From: a virus
Lineage: Duplodnaviria; Caudoviricetes
IMG/VR virus record: IMGVR_UViG_3300030430_004527
Coordinates: 1-49,564 of that record
Reading direction: 5' to 3' (one strand)
DNA: 49,564 nt
The position numbers and the translations under genes were made by a program. Shown here piece by piece: positions 17,077 through 28,000 of this stretch (positions are counted from its first letter, which is position 1; the number at the start of each line of letters is the position of its first letter). Below the pieces are notes generated by a model. That model saw nothing but the letters and a program-made list of their open reading frames with translations. It ran no database searches and had not been told where the DNA came from.

Positions 17077-17881
17077 TACGCTGTACCTCCGCTAAAAGAT
17101 CTTGAATGTAAAATACTTCTTCTACAATTTTTGAATTTATAGGTATTCTTGCATAACTGTCCAGCTTTGCTCTGACTTTCTTAAAATTTTCGTTTAGCGG
17201 TGTAGTAGATCCCTCTACAATGTGGGCACTAACGGCTTCTTTAAGGCGTCCAATTTCATCATTTAAAAAAGACTTAAGGCCCAAACCGTTGTCCGAGAAC
17301 GAAACGATGAAGTTGCTAAGCAAGTCTTTTTGTTCTCTCAACAACGAATGCTCGTAGGTTTCGTTGAATCTCTTAACGAACATCTTGAACTCTAGAGAGT
17401 CAACTGGCTTCATTTCTGTATGAGATTCGTCCAATCTGGTAAGAAATCCTACCACTTTGTCTTCGAGCATAATTCTTTTTTTTGCTCCAAGATTTGAGTT
17501 TTGAAAATATAATCCGATAGTCGCAATATCTTTGTAGTTTGGTACGAAGTTTGAAAATGCCTGATTACCAAGGGCTTTGTTGATCTTGTTGATCAACGCT
17601 GTTTGTTCGTTGAACACTTTCTTGCGATCAATTGCATCAAAGTCTTTTTTTGTCTCAACCATAAGTCGTCGAGAGAAATCTTGATTAAGTTCTTTGCTTT
17701 CAAGTAGTGATTTATATAGGTCAAGTTCTTTGGCAAGAACCTTTCTTTTTGCGAAGAACTCGCGCAAAATAGACTTGACTTTTTCTTGCTTTGTTTTATC
17801 CTCTTTTAGTATTGCTTTTGTTAGTTCACGAATCAGACATTCGTAAAGAAAAGCGGTATTTCTTTTCTTATTATGTTTCAT
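17066..17881 (-). CDS. Hypothetical protein (portal-proximal)
   Basis: 271-aa helical ORF starting MKHNKKRNTAFLYE. Confidence 0.75.
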   Translation of the reverse strand: MKHNKKRNTAFLYECLIRELTKAILKEDKTKQEKVKSILREFFAKRKVLAKELDLYKSLLESKELNQDFSRRLMVETKKDFDAIDRKKVFNEQTALINKINKALGNQAFSNFVPNYKDIATIGLYFQNSNLGAKKRIMLEDKVVGFLTRLDESHTEMKPVDSLEFKMFVKRFNETYEHSLLREQKDLLSNFIVSFSDNGLGLKSFLNDEIGRLKEAVSAHIVEGSTTPLNENFKKVRAKLDSYARIPINSKIVEEVFYIQDLLAEVQRNAD

Positions 17882-17893
17882 GTTTGTTTCCTT

Positions 17894-18664
17894 TTAATAA
17901 TAGTTGATGATTTCTTGCGAGTCAATAAGACGGATAGCCTCTTCGATTGAATATCTTCCAGTTACATTTGGATTTGCTTGGGTGGTAAAAGCGATATCGT
18001 CTCCCATCTGCATAAGAGACGTGTAGGTTGTCTCACCGTCGCTCCATTTGAATTCAATATCATACCCTACACCAAATGCCCCATGGTCTCGTTTTTCAAC
18101 TTTTCCTGTTGGTGTAGCGTGTAAACCAGATGGCTTTTTGCGTTCACCCATAATCTTTAGCAGTTTGAGAATCTGCTCTCCACCACGGCGACGGGCGCCC
18201 TTCGGTCCCGACATTTTTGGTAAACCTCGATTCAGCGGTGTTAAGATTGCGTCTTTTCCTGCTTTAGAATGTTGTTTTCTCAATTTTTTTAATTCATCTT
18301 CAAGGTTTTTTATTTTATACGCAGTTAAAAATTCTGTTTCCTGCGTCTCGGGAACAAATCCATAAAGACCTATTGTCCCAGAAAGAGAGTCTGGAGAGTC
18401 TGGCTCCCACGAATATTGAATTGTATTGGGCATGTCGTCCATAGATTTGGGGAAGTTCCCAACAAGAGTTTGTCTCATCACGTCAGCTTGCGCAGGGCCG
18501 AGTGTATCAATTATCTCGTCCGGATCCTTACCCATGTCTCGTAGATATTGCCTAAACTTTTCTTCTTTGTCTTTTGAATATCGGTCTAATAATCTAGATT
18601 CACTCAAAACAGCATTGAGTTCTTGTTTAATAATCCTTTCTAGTGTTTCTTTTTTAAGTTTCAT
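17894..18664 (-). CDS. Leader-family protein (putative cargo)
   Basis: Starts MKLKKETLERIIKQELNAVLSE. GGAG SD lies within the portal 3' end. Confidence 0.75.
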   Translation of the reverse strand: MKLKKETLERIIKQELNAVLSESRLLDRYSKDKEEKFRQYLRDMGKDPDEIIDTLGPAQADVMRQTLVGNFPKSMDDMPNTIQYSWEPDSPDSLSGTIGLYGFVPETQETEFLTAYKIKNLEDELKKLRKQHSKAGKDAILTPLNRGLPKMSGPKGARRRGGEQILKLLKIMGERKKPSGLHATPTGKVEKRDHGAFGVGYDIEFKWSDGETTYTSLMQMGDDIAFTTQANPNVTGRYSIEEAIRLIDSQEIINYY

Positions 18665-20609
18665 CGGACTCCTCCTTTTTGTTTAGTGATTCTAGCAAAG
18701 TTTTGATTTCTGCGTCAATGCTAAATAGTTTCTCTTCTTCTTTCACATCGCCTTCAAACACTCCTCGAGCTAGCGAATCCAATCCACCGAAACCTACTTT
18801 GCCTGGAAATGTGGTTCTAGATGTTGATCCTCGAACTTCTCCACCGAATGCTTGATTCTTCATTTGCTTTGAGAAACCACCTTTACGGTATGTAATCTTG
18901 TGTTTCTTGTATGGTCCTCGAGGTTTTTTGTTATCATCACGCTTCGCAGGAGGTTCAGCCAAGAGATCACCTTCGTCTGCATCAGCGCCTCCGCCCGTAT
19001 CACCACCGCCTCCGGTATCACCACCAGCATCATCCCCTCCAAGGTCTCCACCTAGATCGCCACCCAAGTCTCCACCGCCAAGATCTCCTCCAAGGTCACC
19101 GCCTCCAAGGTCACCTCCAAGGCCTCCACCAGCATCACCTCCACCTTCAGCAGGAGCTTGACTAGCGGCTTCCAGTGCAGCCATAAACTTCTTATCGGAG
19201 AACATTTCGCGTTGCATCCTGAGATATTCATCTTGAGACAAACCAAGAAGATTCTCTGTGATCCAACGACGAGAGAAAAATCCCTCAGTAGCAGCACCAG
19301 CAATGTCGAACTTGGTCTTCCAATGCTCTAGCTCTTGCATCTCTGCGATCTTAGACGGATTATTCAAAGATAGTTTGAAGTTCAACAGGTCGTCTCCTCG
19401 ATATCCTAAAGTGTACAGATGAATAATACCAATCTTCTCAAGCTCTGATAGAATGACTCGTTGAAGTCTTTGAATGGTTCTTGCGAATCTAATGTCTTTC
19501 TGCGCCAACGTTGTCTTGTCCTCGGTACCAGATCCTTCGCCCATCGACAGATATGACTGTGGAACTTTCAAAGCAGAGAACAGTTTGTCTCGAAGGTACT
19601 TTACATCTTCGATCGTCGCAGTCATTGCACCACCTTGGAGGTTCACGATGTCTGTGGAAGACTGTCCGCCTCTAATAGGAATAAAGTAATCTTCTTCAAT
19701 TGATAGCGGGTTATAACGCAAGTCCACACGACCGGTTTGTGGATCAACAACTTGGTGCCGCTTCATTTGAGTCATGATCTTTTGCATGTACTGTTCGACA
19801 TCTTGTGGCGCAACACCGCCAACGTCAATCTTAAATATACGGCGTTCTGGGGCTCTTACAATTCGGTAAGCCATCATTGCATCTTCAAGCAGTGTAAGTT
19901 GTCTCCAGATACGTCTAGAGGGCTCTAAAACGGACGTTCCGTATGGAGCATGTTTGTCGTGTCCAAGAACACGAAAGTGTGCGATTTGCCAGTTCTCCAA
20001 AGTAAGACCAGCATTGTTCCATTGAAATTGCACATAGTTTGGATTTGTAGGATCTTCTCCTTCGAGTCTTTCGACTTCTTGTGGAGGTAGGCCAATGCAG
20101 TTTTGCAAACCTTTCTCTTCATCAATATCTAGATATAAAAACATATCTCCGTATTTACACATTGTTCTTGCCCAGCCAAACAAGTTGTGCTCGATATTCA
20201 TAGTGTTATAATATAGGGAATGAAGCATGTACTTGATTTCATCATTCGGGCACTTGATGTGAAGCATTGGAGTCAATGATGAATGGGTCGTCATCTCGTC
20301 TGCATAAATGTCTAGAGATGATGCGATCTCTGGTGTAAATTCCATTTGGTCAAAGTCAACATATCGTTCTGAACGATTTCTATTAGAAATCATATTCAGA
20401 GTCATAATGTTCATTGGGTTGTATTCAGTTTTCTTAAACTGCTTGCCCGATGCTGACTTAAATCTTTTGGCGTAAATATCAAGGTGCCGGCGTCTCAGTT
20501 GTCGTCCCGACTGTGTTCGTCGTTGGGTGAGTGGCCCCGAGAACATTCTTGTTAAAGCTTTAAATAAATCATTTTGATTGTTATTGGGGTTTCTATCGTT
20601 GCGGGCCAT
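18654..20609 (-). CDS. Portal vertex protein, T4 gp20-like
   Basis: LEDAMMAYRIVRAPERRIFKIDVG, EDYFIPIRGG, EDVKYLRDKLFSALKVP, DIRFARTIQRLQ. Confidence 0.95.
   Translation of the reverse strand: MARNDRNPNNNQNDLFKALTRMFSGPLTQRRTQSGRQLRRRHLDIYAKRFKSASGKQFKKTEYNPMNIMTLNMISNRNRSERYVDFDQMEFTPEIASSLDIYADEMTTHSSLTPMLHIKCPNDEIKYMLHSLYYNTMNIEHNLFGWARTMCKYGDMFLYLDIDEEKGLQNCIGLPPQEVERLEGEDPTNPNYVQFQWNNAGLTLENWQIAHFRVLGHDKHAPYGTSVLEPSRRIWRQLTLLEDAMMAYRIVRAPERRIFKIDVGGVAPQDVEQYMQKIMTQMKRHQVVDPQTGRVDLRYNPLSIEEDYFIPIRGGQSSTDIVNLQGGAMTATIEDVKYLRDKLFSALKVPQSYLSMGEGSGTEDKTTLAQKDIRFARTIQRLQRVILSELEKIGIIHLYTLGYRGDDLLNFKLSLNNPSKIAEMQELEHWKTKFDIAGAATEGFFSRRWITENLLGLSQDEYLRMQREMFSDKKFMAALEAASQAPAEGGGDAGGGLGGDLGGGDLGGDLGGGDLGGDLGGDLGGDDAGGDTGGGGDTGGGADADEGDLLAEPPAKRDDNKKPRGPYKKHKITYRKGGFSKQMKNQAFGGEVRGSTSRTTFPGKVGFGGLDSLARGVFEGDVKEEEKLFSIDAEIKTLLESLNKKEESDET
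18980..19150. repeat. Low-complexity GGDLG(G) coding repeats in the portal C-terminal tail
   Basis: GGDLGGGDLGGDLGGGDLGGDLGGDLGGDD. Confidence 0.85.
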
Positions 20610-20612
20610 TTT

Positions 20613-22190
20613 CTATCCTTTGTATATCCAGAAGAATTCTTTTGTCTTCTTTATTTCCTCCTCGTGCTTTTCGTAGAACGTTTCATTGTAAAACTTTTGA
20701 CCTTTGATTTGAGTATTCATCGTTGTTGTCGACTTCATCAATCCACCTAGCATCGCCTTCTTGTAAGCCATGTCTCTTTCGTTTTCCGAGAGGGCTGTGT
20801 CGCGAACCCAGCATGCTATAGCTAGGGACATAACCAAATCGTCATTGTAAGATCGCATTGCTTGTGGCTTGCCGTTGTGCCAAATAAAAGTTTTTAGTTC
20901 ATGAAAAACACGGTTAGAGTGTATATTAATTAGTTTGTTTCTAACGTACTCCTCCAATTTGGCTACAATTAGCGGTCTTGTCTTTGTTGACGTTGTGAAG
21001 CCCAATACGGCTCTGGCGTCGCCTTCGGCTAGATATGACTCTACATACTCATGAGTTGATTTGATTGAGTAGTAGATCTTGCTGTAGTTCAATTCTTTTA
21101 GTTTCTCTAGCACAGCAATACCAATGCCGTTGTTCTCTACGACTAAAAGGCACGACCCATATTCATTACCAGCAGAGTACAATATCCCAGCATACATGTC
21201 GAGATCTGGTTTGCCTTGGTATTCAGCAACTACGGTCATCGTATCAATCCTCAGTACGTGGAAACAACTAAAGTCTGCACCGTCACCTCGAGCAACATCA
21301 GCTACAAGAAGATAAGGCACTCCTTCTTCATACTTCTCCCAGATCCAATAGTTTCTATCATATCCTGTTCTGTATAGCGGATCTGTTACACACTCATGTA
21401 ACCTTTGTAAGTCAGCGGGATTTATCACTGTCTCACCAGACGCGTTAAAGGAACACTCCAGCTCCTGTGCGATCTGTCGTTTGGACATGTTTCTAGTTTC
21501 TTTTTCGTACCATTCTTGGTCACGGTCTGGGTGGACATCCCAATTTAGTTTTGTTGGAAAAAAATCGTTCATCGAGTTCTCAGATTCGGTGTAGGTTTTG
21601 TGGAACCAATTTCCAACGCCGTTAGGGGTGCTGAGAGCGATACAGCGGCCCCCTGTAGACAAAGTAGGGTAAAGACCTGTCCAAAGCTCATCAAGGCCGT
21701 CAACGAACGCTGCCTCGTCTATAATGAGCAACGATAAAGCTTCCGAACGACCAGCATCTCCTGATGTCGTCCCAGCTTTTACTTGAGAGCCGTTTGTAAG
21801 TTCAAATGACTGCTTGTTATCAACAGAGATCTTTGCAATCAACATCCACTGTGGGAGGTTTTTAAAGATCATTTTTACTTTCTTCACAAGGTTTGTTGCT
21901 GTGGATAGTTTGGTTGCGATTACGAGAACGTTCTTTTCTCGATGAAACAACATGAACCAAGCAACATAAGCAGCCGAGATGGTTGAGATCCCGAGCTGCC
22001 TTGCTTTCAAAATTACATTAAATCGATAATCGTTAAAGTTCTTGAGCATCTCCCTTTGGTAGTCGTAAGTCTTAAACGGAATTTGACCATGCATGGGGTG
22101 CGAGATCTTGCAATAATTGTCGATAAAGTATTGAGGGTCTTTTCCGCACTTTACAAGTTCTTTAACAATTTCGTTTTTGGTGAGTTTCAT
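20613..22190 (-). CDS. Terminase large subunit, T4 gp17-like
   Basis: Walker A LKARQLGIST, Walker B LIIDEAAF, STPNG coupling motif, and nuclease motifs ADVARG and DDLVMSLA. Confidence 0.95.
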   Translation of the reverse strand: MKLTKNEIVKELVKCGKDPQYFIDNYCKISHPMHGQIPFKTYDYQREMLKNFNDYRFNVILKARQLGISTISAAYVAWFMLFHREKNVLVIATKLSTATNLVKKVKMIFKNLPQWMLIAKISVDNKQSFELTNGSQVKAGTTSGDAGRSEALSLLIIDEAAFVDGLDELWTGLYPTLSTGGRCIALSTPNGVGNWFHKTYTESENSMNDFFPTKLNWDVHPDRDQEWYEKETRNMSKRQIAQELECSFNASGETVINPADLQRLHECVTDPLYRTGYDRNYWIWEKYEEGVPYLLVADVARGDGADFSCFHVLRIDTMTVVAEYQGKPDLDMYAGILYSAGNEYGSCLLVVENNGIGIAVLEKLKELNYSKIYYSIKSTHEYVESYLAEGDARAVLGFTTSTKTRPLIVAKLEEYVRNKLINIHSNRVFHELKTFIWHNGKPQAMRSYNDDLVMSLAIACWVRDTALSENERDMAYKKAMLGGLMKSTTTMNTQIKGQKFYNETFYEKHEEEIKKTKEFFWIYKG

Positions 22191-22198
22191 TTACTCCC

Positions 22199-22762
22199 CT
22201 ATTTCTTTTGATTGTCTGATGCCTTAATGTATTCGTTTTGTGGACGCTTTGCTTTTGCTGTCTCCAAAAACTTTTTTGTAATATCTCGAGTGATATCTCC
22301 AGAAGGAGCGCCGATCTGGTCCATATTAAGTCCGCCAATCTTGTAGTGTTGATACGCTTGAACAAATGTTCGAACACGAGAAGTTGTTTGTACGATAATT
22401 TGTGGATCACCTTTAGCAGTCAGAGATACAGACTTGCCTGTTACAGCTTTGTATTCTTTTTGCAAGAACTTCTTTACTTCATTGATAGTGCGTACAATAT
22501 CATTTTCAAAGCCATTGTCTTTCAAATTTCGCATCATAACATCAGATTGATAATTAATTATCATAGAGTCTCCGTAGAACTTAACCTTAAATCCATCAAT
22601 GCAACGCTTATCGAGAAGAGGGATACCTTCTTCTCTCTTAAGACCTATATTACGGATCTGTCCATCTAGGGAATAGTTCTCCATGTGCTGCCCACCGTCG
22701 TATGATCCGTTAGCAGCAGCTTGTGCGAGTCCTTCAATAATTTCTAATGTTTCTTTACTCAT
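22199..22762 (-). CDS. Hypothetical protein
   Basis: ORF between the terminase and a leader-family gene. Start placed at MSKETLE. Confidence 0.7.
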   Translation of the reverse strand: MSKETLEIIEGLAQAAANGSYDGGQHMENYSLDGQIRNIGLKREEGIPLLDKRCIDGFKVKFYGDSMIINYQSDVMMRNLKDNGFENDIVRTINEVKKFLQKEYKAVTGKSVSLTAKGDPQIIVQTTSRVRTFVQAYQHYKIGGLNMDQIGAPSGDITRDITKKFLETAKAKRPQNEYIKASDNQKK

Positions 22763-22782
22763 TTGTTTGGCCCCTATTTTAA

Positions 22783-23238
22783 TCAACGTCTTTTTTTGCT
22801 TTGTCTATATCGGAATATTTCTTGGTTTACTTGGAAGTTTATAGATCCGGTTAATAATCCTTGCTTAAACGATTCTTGTTTTTCCGGATCTTCTTTCATG
22901 TTTAGCTCATGACTCCAAGCGTTCATTGCGTTTTCTGCTTGACGCTCCATCGCTTCTTGGTCTCCGGATTCTTTTGCTTTTTGAAAGCTGATAATCGCAA
23001 TAATTGGAGCAATGCGTCCTGTGAGTTTACCTCTTAGGAAACCAGTCGACACTTCGAGATTGTATTCAAGAAATTCTGCGATATATGGCTCGCCGTAACC
23101 ACCTTCTTCCATTTCGGGCTGATACTTCATCATACCACGCATCGGTGTCGCTTGTACAAAGCCGGTTGACTGTTCGGACATGATTGCGTTAAGTTCTTCT
23201 TTGATGATTTGTTTTAATGTTTCTTTTGTAAGTTTCAT
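22783..23238 (-). CDS. Leader-family protein (putative cargo)
   Basis: True start is likely ATG 23238 (ATGA overlap): MKLTKETLKQIIKEELNAIMSE. Confidence 0.75.
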   Translation of the reverse strand: MKLTKETLKQIIKEELNAIMSEQSTGFVQATPMRGMMKYQPEMEEGGYGEPYIAEFLEYNLEVSTGFLRGKLTGRIAPIIAIISFQKAKESGDQEAMERQAENAMNAWSHELNMKEDPEKQESFKQGLLTGSINFQVNQEIFRYRQSKKRR

Positions 23239-23603
23239 GGTTTTGGTCTCCATCCATTTTTCCATCTTGCTTCTCGACCTTCTACCCATTGTATGTAACA
23301 ATTAAAGCAACACTCAAATTTAGTCATATATAAATCATCACGCGACTTAAATGAGTAAGTGTTACAAACTGGGCATGAACGCTTCGATTCTCTATTAAGT
23401 AGTTCTTTTGATATTAAAACACCGTCGAGGTCTTCTTTCTCACTTTCGGTTTTGTTGTACCGGTAGTTCGACTTAAGCTCTTCAAGATATTTCTTTTCTT
23501 TATCATCATCCCATTGTGACTTGGGATTAACAATTGTTTCTTTTCCATATTTATCGGCAATTGCCTTTTCAACCTTTACAGCGTAATTTGGATCTTTACT
23601 CAC
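23235..23603 (-). CDS. Hypothetical zinc-finger protein
   Basis: CPVC...CCFNC. GTG start inferred from the AGGGGTG SD. Confidence 0.65.
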   Translation of the reverse strand: MSKDPNYAVKVEKAIADKYGKETIVNPKSQWDDDKEKKYLEELKSNYRYNKTESEKEDLDGVLISKELLNRESKRSCPVCNTYSFKSRDDLYMTKFECCFNCYIQWVEGREARWKNGWRPKP

Positions 23604-24024
23604 TTTCACCCCTTTCCTGCCATTCATAAGAAATTTTGTCTTCTTTAATTGGTCCACCTTTTGCCCAAGTTCTACATGCTCGAGCACTGTGGCATTTGAA
23701 ATTATGCATCCAACAATATCCAAGTCGACCATCTTTATCAGAAGTCACACCCGGCATACAAGCATCCATTCTAGGGCTTATGTCGAAAGCAGTGCAATTA
23801 CTGCAGTTTGATTTCTTAGCCGCCTTTTCGCTTGTGTTCCAAAAATCAGCAATGTCTTTCCAATAATCTCCGGGCTCATCGACATTTAACGGTCCATACT
23901 GGATCTCTTCAGCTTTAATCGCAGCGTTTCTATTTTTGGTATTTAGTTTTAAGTTTTTAGTGGCCGCTGGACAAGCCATCTTCACAATCTTTTTTACTGC
24001 TTTTATGATTTTTATTTTAATCAT
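23596..24024 (-). CDS. Cys-rich putative metal/Fe-S-binding protein
   Basis: CSNC..C..GYC..C..C pattern. Confidence 0.6.
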   Translation of the reverse strand: MIKIKIIKAVKKIVKMACPAATKNLKLNTKNRNAAIKAEEIQYGPLNVDEPGDYWKDIADFWNTSEKAAKKSNCSNCTAFDISPRMDACMPGVTSDKDGRLGYCWMHNFKCHSARACRTWAKGGPIKEDKISYEWQERGESE

Positions 24025-24430
24025 GAGTCGTTACCTGTATTTCATTAACAGCATAATATGTAAGCAATGATGCTGATGTTCCCAAGACAAAACCTCCAAA
24101 GAAAACCCATGTCTGTCTTTTGGTATTTGAGTTTCGTCTAAGAACCTCAATCTCTTCGTTTTTGATATCGATCATAGCATCATACTTTGCTTGCAAAGCT
24201 TGCTTTTCAATATCTAAATAGTCAATTTGATGCTGTTTTTCCGCAAGTTGGAGAGAAAAGTCCAAAGCGGAGTTGATCGTACATTGCTCTTCAGCGTACT
24301 CTTTCATAGTAATTATCGATACAACAGCCTCTTCGTTGAATAATCTACCAGCAAAAGGAGCCACCTCTCCTTTGTCTAAAGGAGTCATAAGCGGCTCAGC
24401 AAGTGATAGTGCGGTGAGAAGCCAAATCAT
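24017..24430 (-). CDS. Exported coiled-coil protein with C-terminal TM (spanin-like position)
   Basis: Short N-terminal hydrophobic signal, coiled coil, and C-terminal WVFFGGFVLGTSASLLTYYAV. Confidence 0.5.
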   Translation of the reverse strand: MIWLLTALSLAEPLMTPLDKGEVAPFAGRLFNEEAVVSIITMKEYAEEQCTINSALDFSLQLAEKQHQIDYLDIEKQALQAKYDAMIDIKNEEIEVLRRNSNTKRQTWVFFGGFVLGTSASLLTYYAVNEIQVTTHD

Positions 24431-24795
24431 TTTAGCCTCGCGATGTTAAACTCTTCCATTAAGATCTTGTCGATCTCATCAGGGTTTTCTTTAGCCACCT
24501 CAATCAATTCAAGTTTTCTTTCGATTGTTTGTTTCTCTAGGTCGCTTTGAGCGGTAGCTCTTTGTTTTATCAAGGCCAATTTTGATTCTGAATATTTTTT
24601 TCTAGCAAGTGCTTTATTTAGCCTTTCTTGTCCTGCTATCTTTTTGATAACTTCAATTTCTTTTTCTTTCGCCTCAGCTGATGCTTCAGCAATTTCAACT
24701 TGCTTCTCTTTGCTTTTGCGTCCAAGAATAAAAACCGTCAGAACTACAAAGCCAGAAGCGATGAGTTCCCACTTGTCTTTGATCCACCCCCACAT
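24427..24795 (-). CDS. N-terminal TM plus coiled coil (i-spanin-like)
   Basis: LIASGFVVLTVFILG followed by a charged helix. TAATG overlap with the holin-like gene. Confidence 0.5.
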   Translation of the reverse strand: MWGWIKDKWELIASGFVVLTVFILGRKSKEKQVEIAEASAEAKEKEIEVIKKIAGQERLNKALARKKYSESKLALIKQRATAQSDLEKQTIERKLELIEVAKENPDEIDKILMEEFNIARLK

Positions 24796-24989
24796 TATCC
24801 GTTCCTCCAAGCTTTGGCGAAATCAATAGCAGTTTGTCCGCCAATGTATGTTATAGCGATCATACCCCATGTATCTGAGCTTAAATCAGAGAAATACATC
24901 AAAGCAGTTGCTACGGCGAATACCAAAAGCTTTCGAGAGATAAGCTTCTCTTGAACAGCATCGAGCATTCCTTTGTCTTCGTTTTCCAT
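24795..24989 (-). CDS. Holin-like two-TM protein
   Basis: SRKLLVFAVAT...WGMIAITYIGGQTAID. GGAGG SD before ATG 24989. Confidence 0.65.
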   Translation of the reverse strand: MENEDKGMLDAVQEKLISRKLLVFAVATALMYFSDLSSDTWGMIAITYIGGQTAIDFAKAWRNG

Positions 24990-25013
24990 AATAAATCCTC
25001 CAAAAGAATGCTC

Positions 25014-25021
25014 TAAATAGT
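25014..25021 (-). promoter_or_regulatory. Putative late-promoter motif ACTATTTA
   Basis: About 25 nt upstream of the holin-like start, heading the lysis/terminase/portal run. Confidence 0.55.
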
Positions 25022-25029
25022 TCAACTAT

Positions 25030-28000
25030 CTACAATTTAACATTTGCATATCCATCAACTTTGTCGATCTCGATGGTAGTATCTACAACATCCTTCAGAG
25101 AGTCGAGGTGAGTGATGAGCAACACAGTCTTAAATTGCGCTTTGATCATTTGCAACAGCCTAGTAAACCCTTCCATGTGCTCTGCATCTAGTGCCGTTGC
25201 TGGTTCATCGAGAATAAACCATGATGGTTTAGGTAGTGATGATACAGAAATGAGAGCAAGGCGGATAGCCATTGATGCAATTGTTTTCTCAGCACCAGAT
25301 CCCATAGATAAAGGTCTAGGATCATACTTCGGGTGTTGTAAGTAAACTTCTAACTTGTCTCCATCATTATCGAAGAAAACTTCAAAGTCAACAATAGAAG
25401 AAAGGATCTTTTGTATCTCTGCATTGATGACGGGCATCATTGACTTAATTACCTCATACGAGATACCATTAGCATGGGTTGCTTGCACAAATAAGTCATA
25501 CGCTATGTAGTCTCTCTCTGCTGCTTTGATTTGCTGTATACGCTCTTGGGCTTCTTCAATTGTTCTCTTAGCAGAACCTTTCTCCGACATGAACTCAAGA
25601 ACTTTTGCTTCGCACTTCTTGATCTCCACCTCTTTGAGCGACACAGTTTTGTTGATTGCCTGAAGGTCTCGACGCAATGAAGTAAGATTTTCATACGCTT
25701 CAATATTCTCGTTGTAGTATGCGATGTCTGCTTCGTAATCTTGGATACGTCGTTCCATCAGAGACACTTTGCCTTCGCAGTTCTCCCACTGTAGGGACAT
25801 GTTGCGAACTTCAGATTGTTCTTTAGCAAGGGCATCTCGCTGAACTTCGTAGTCTCGAACAACTGCTTCAGAGTAGACTTCGTTAATTAACGATGCTTTC
25901 ATTTTGAGATCAAGTACTTGAGCATTGAGGGTGTCGATTTGTTCGTTTACCTCAACGATTGTAACCTTTGCTTCTTCAGCTTTCTTTACAAACTCGTTGT
26001 CGCAACAGAATCTACAGTTTGGGTCGTACTCGTGGTCATGAAGCATATCGATCTTGGATTGAAGCCTGGACTTCTCTCGCTTTGCTTTGTCGACGGACTT
26101 TTGAGTTTCTTTCAGCTTTGATTTAATAATCTCCAAAGCATCAAGTTCCTCTCGAGCAGTTGTTGACTCTTCAAGTAAAGATGGTAATCTAAGCGTCAAA
26201 TTTTCAATTCTAGAGCGTTTAGTAGCAATCTCGGTAGATAGTCTACCCATCTCTTTAGAATTGCTTGAGAGCGATTTACGAGCCTTTGAAAGCAATGATT
26301 TAATATCATCTACATCAATCTCTTTTTGTGATGCTGCTTCTACTTGGTCTTGTATAAGACGTTGCTCGTCTTTAAGTTCGGACAATCTACTCTTGTGTTT
26401 TTCGCAGAGAGACTGTTTCTCTGTGATATCCTCGACAATCTCTTCAAACTCAGCCTTGGCTCTCGCAAGTTTCTTTTCCCAATCAACAGAGTTGAGGTGT
26501 TTGATAACTCCTCGCATCTCTGATGAATCAGACTTTGCAAGTTTATGCATTTGATCAAAGATTTGTAGGTCGAGGAATTTTGCGAGAATCTCCTTACGCT
26601 TCGTCGAACCTTCGTTAACGAAACCAAAAGAATCATTCTGAGCAGCAAGCGAAGTCATCATGAAGTCTTCGAGAGACCCAAAAGTCTTACGAATATTCTC
26701 ATCTGTCTTGTTACGGGTATCTCCGTTCTTGGACTCCGCTTGTGTTCCGAAGTTGTACTTTGTAAAGTCTAGGTCAGTTTTCGCTGATTGGACTTCTCTG
26801 CCTTTAGACTTTGTGGTTGTTTTCTCGAGGCTTCTAGCAATTTTATAAACATCATCGCCGACAGCGATCTCGAGGCGACAAGAAGCTCTTTCTTTGTTTT
26901 GATTGATGATATGGACATTCTTCCTTTCTCCTTTGGATGTCGTGTTGAAAAGACCAAACAATGCAGCGTCAATGATTGAAGACTTACCAGAGTAATTCTT
27001 ACCAAAGATACCCACAAGACCATTGATCTTTGTGAAATCAATAGAGTTGCCCTTTCCGTAGTTAAATAGATTGTTCCAAGTCATTTTACGTATATCCCAT
27101 AAAACGTTGCGAGAAACCTCGTTTCCGTTGGACACTTTCTTGAGATAATCGCGAGACAGTTCTAAAACTCTGTCTTTGATTTCTTGTTCGATCTCTTTGT
27201 TCTTTAAAAAATCAAGCAAGAATTTTTCTTGGTTCTTTTCATCTCGCATGTTGATAGACTTACCATTGCCCCCGCCAGAGCCGCTGAGAGAGCTGTGGGC
27301 AGCTTTATTAACAAAACTAACAGTATAGGGGCTCCACTTAACTTGAGCATAGTCGCATGCCCGTTTTAGCTTTGCAACCGGCAAGTTATAATTGGACACA
27401 AGTCTAAGACGAGAGCCTCGAGGAACCTGACGTTTTGGTAGTGTCCCGTCTTGATTCAAGTTTACTGTAATAAATGGACGTGGAGATCTGAATAAACGCT
27501 TTTCAACATTATGTTTGTCTTTCGTGTGGATGTTCCAAATGAGATATCCTTTGAGTTCGCTCTCTCCAAAGTTCTGCTGAACAGTAGATCCTGCATACCA
27601 TACTCTCTGTTCTTTATCTAGATATTGCGTTCTGTGAATATCACCGAGCATAGCGTAGTCAAAGTCTCCAAAGATAGATGCATCATCTTCCCCGTGGTCA
27701 AGAGAGAAGTCAGAACCTACAAGAGAGCCTTGGATCGCACCATGATACAAAGCGATATTGATAACAGTATTGTCTGATGGCTTTTGCCAGTTACTTCTGT
27801 CGAACACAGATAGTACATTAAAGGTCAAGCCTGGCTCAGGTGAGTACTCTCCAGAGTTCTTTAGCAAAGTAAAGTTAGGGTGCTGTAGTGCATCTACGAC
27901 AGGTGTGACTGCGTCTTGACGGTCACCGTTCTTGAGGTTGCCGTCGTGGTTACCCAAGATCATAATTGTTGGTGCAATATCTGCGAGAGACTTTAAGAAG

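Noticed and set aside
18980-19150. Short GC-rich repeats as a possible CRISPR array
   Set aside because: They are in-frame Gly/Asp coding repeats with no constant repeat and unique spacer structure.
20613-22190. Terminase N-terminus MKLTKNEIVKELVKC resembles the leader
   Set aside because: It lacks the LKxII core and matches the usual large-terminase start (E..KC..DP.YF). Probably coincidental, so it is not counted.
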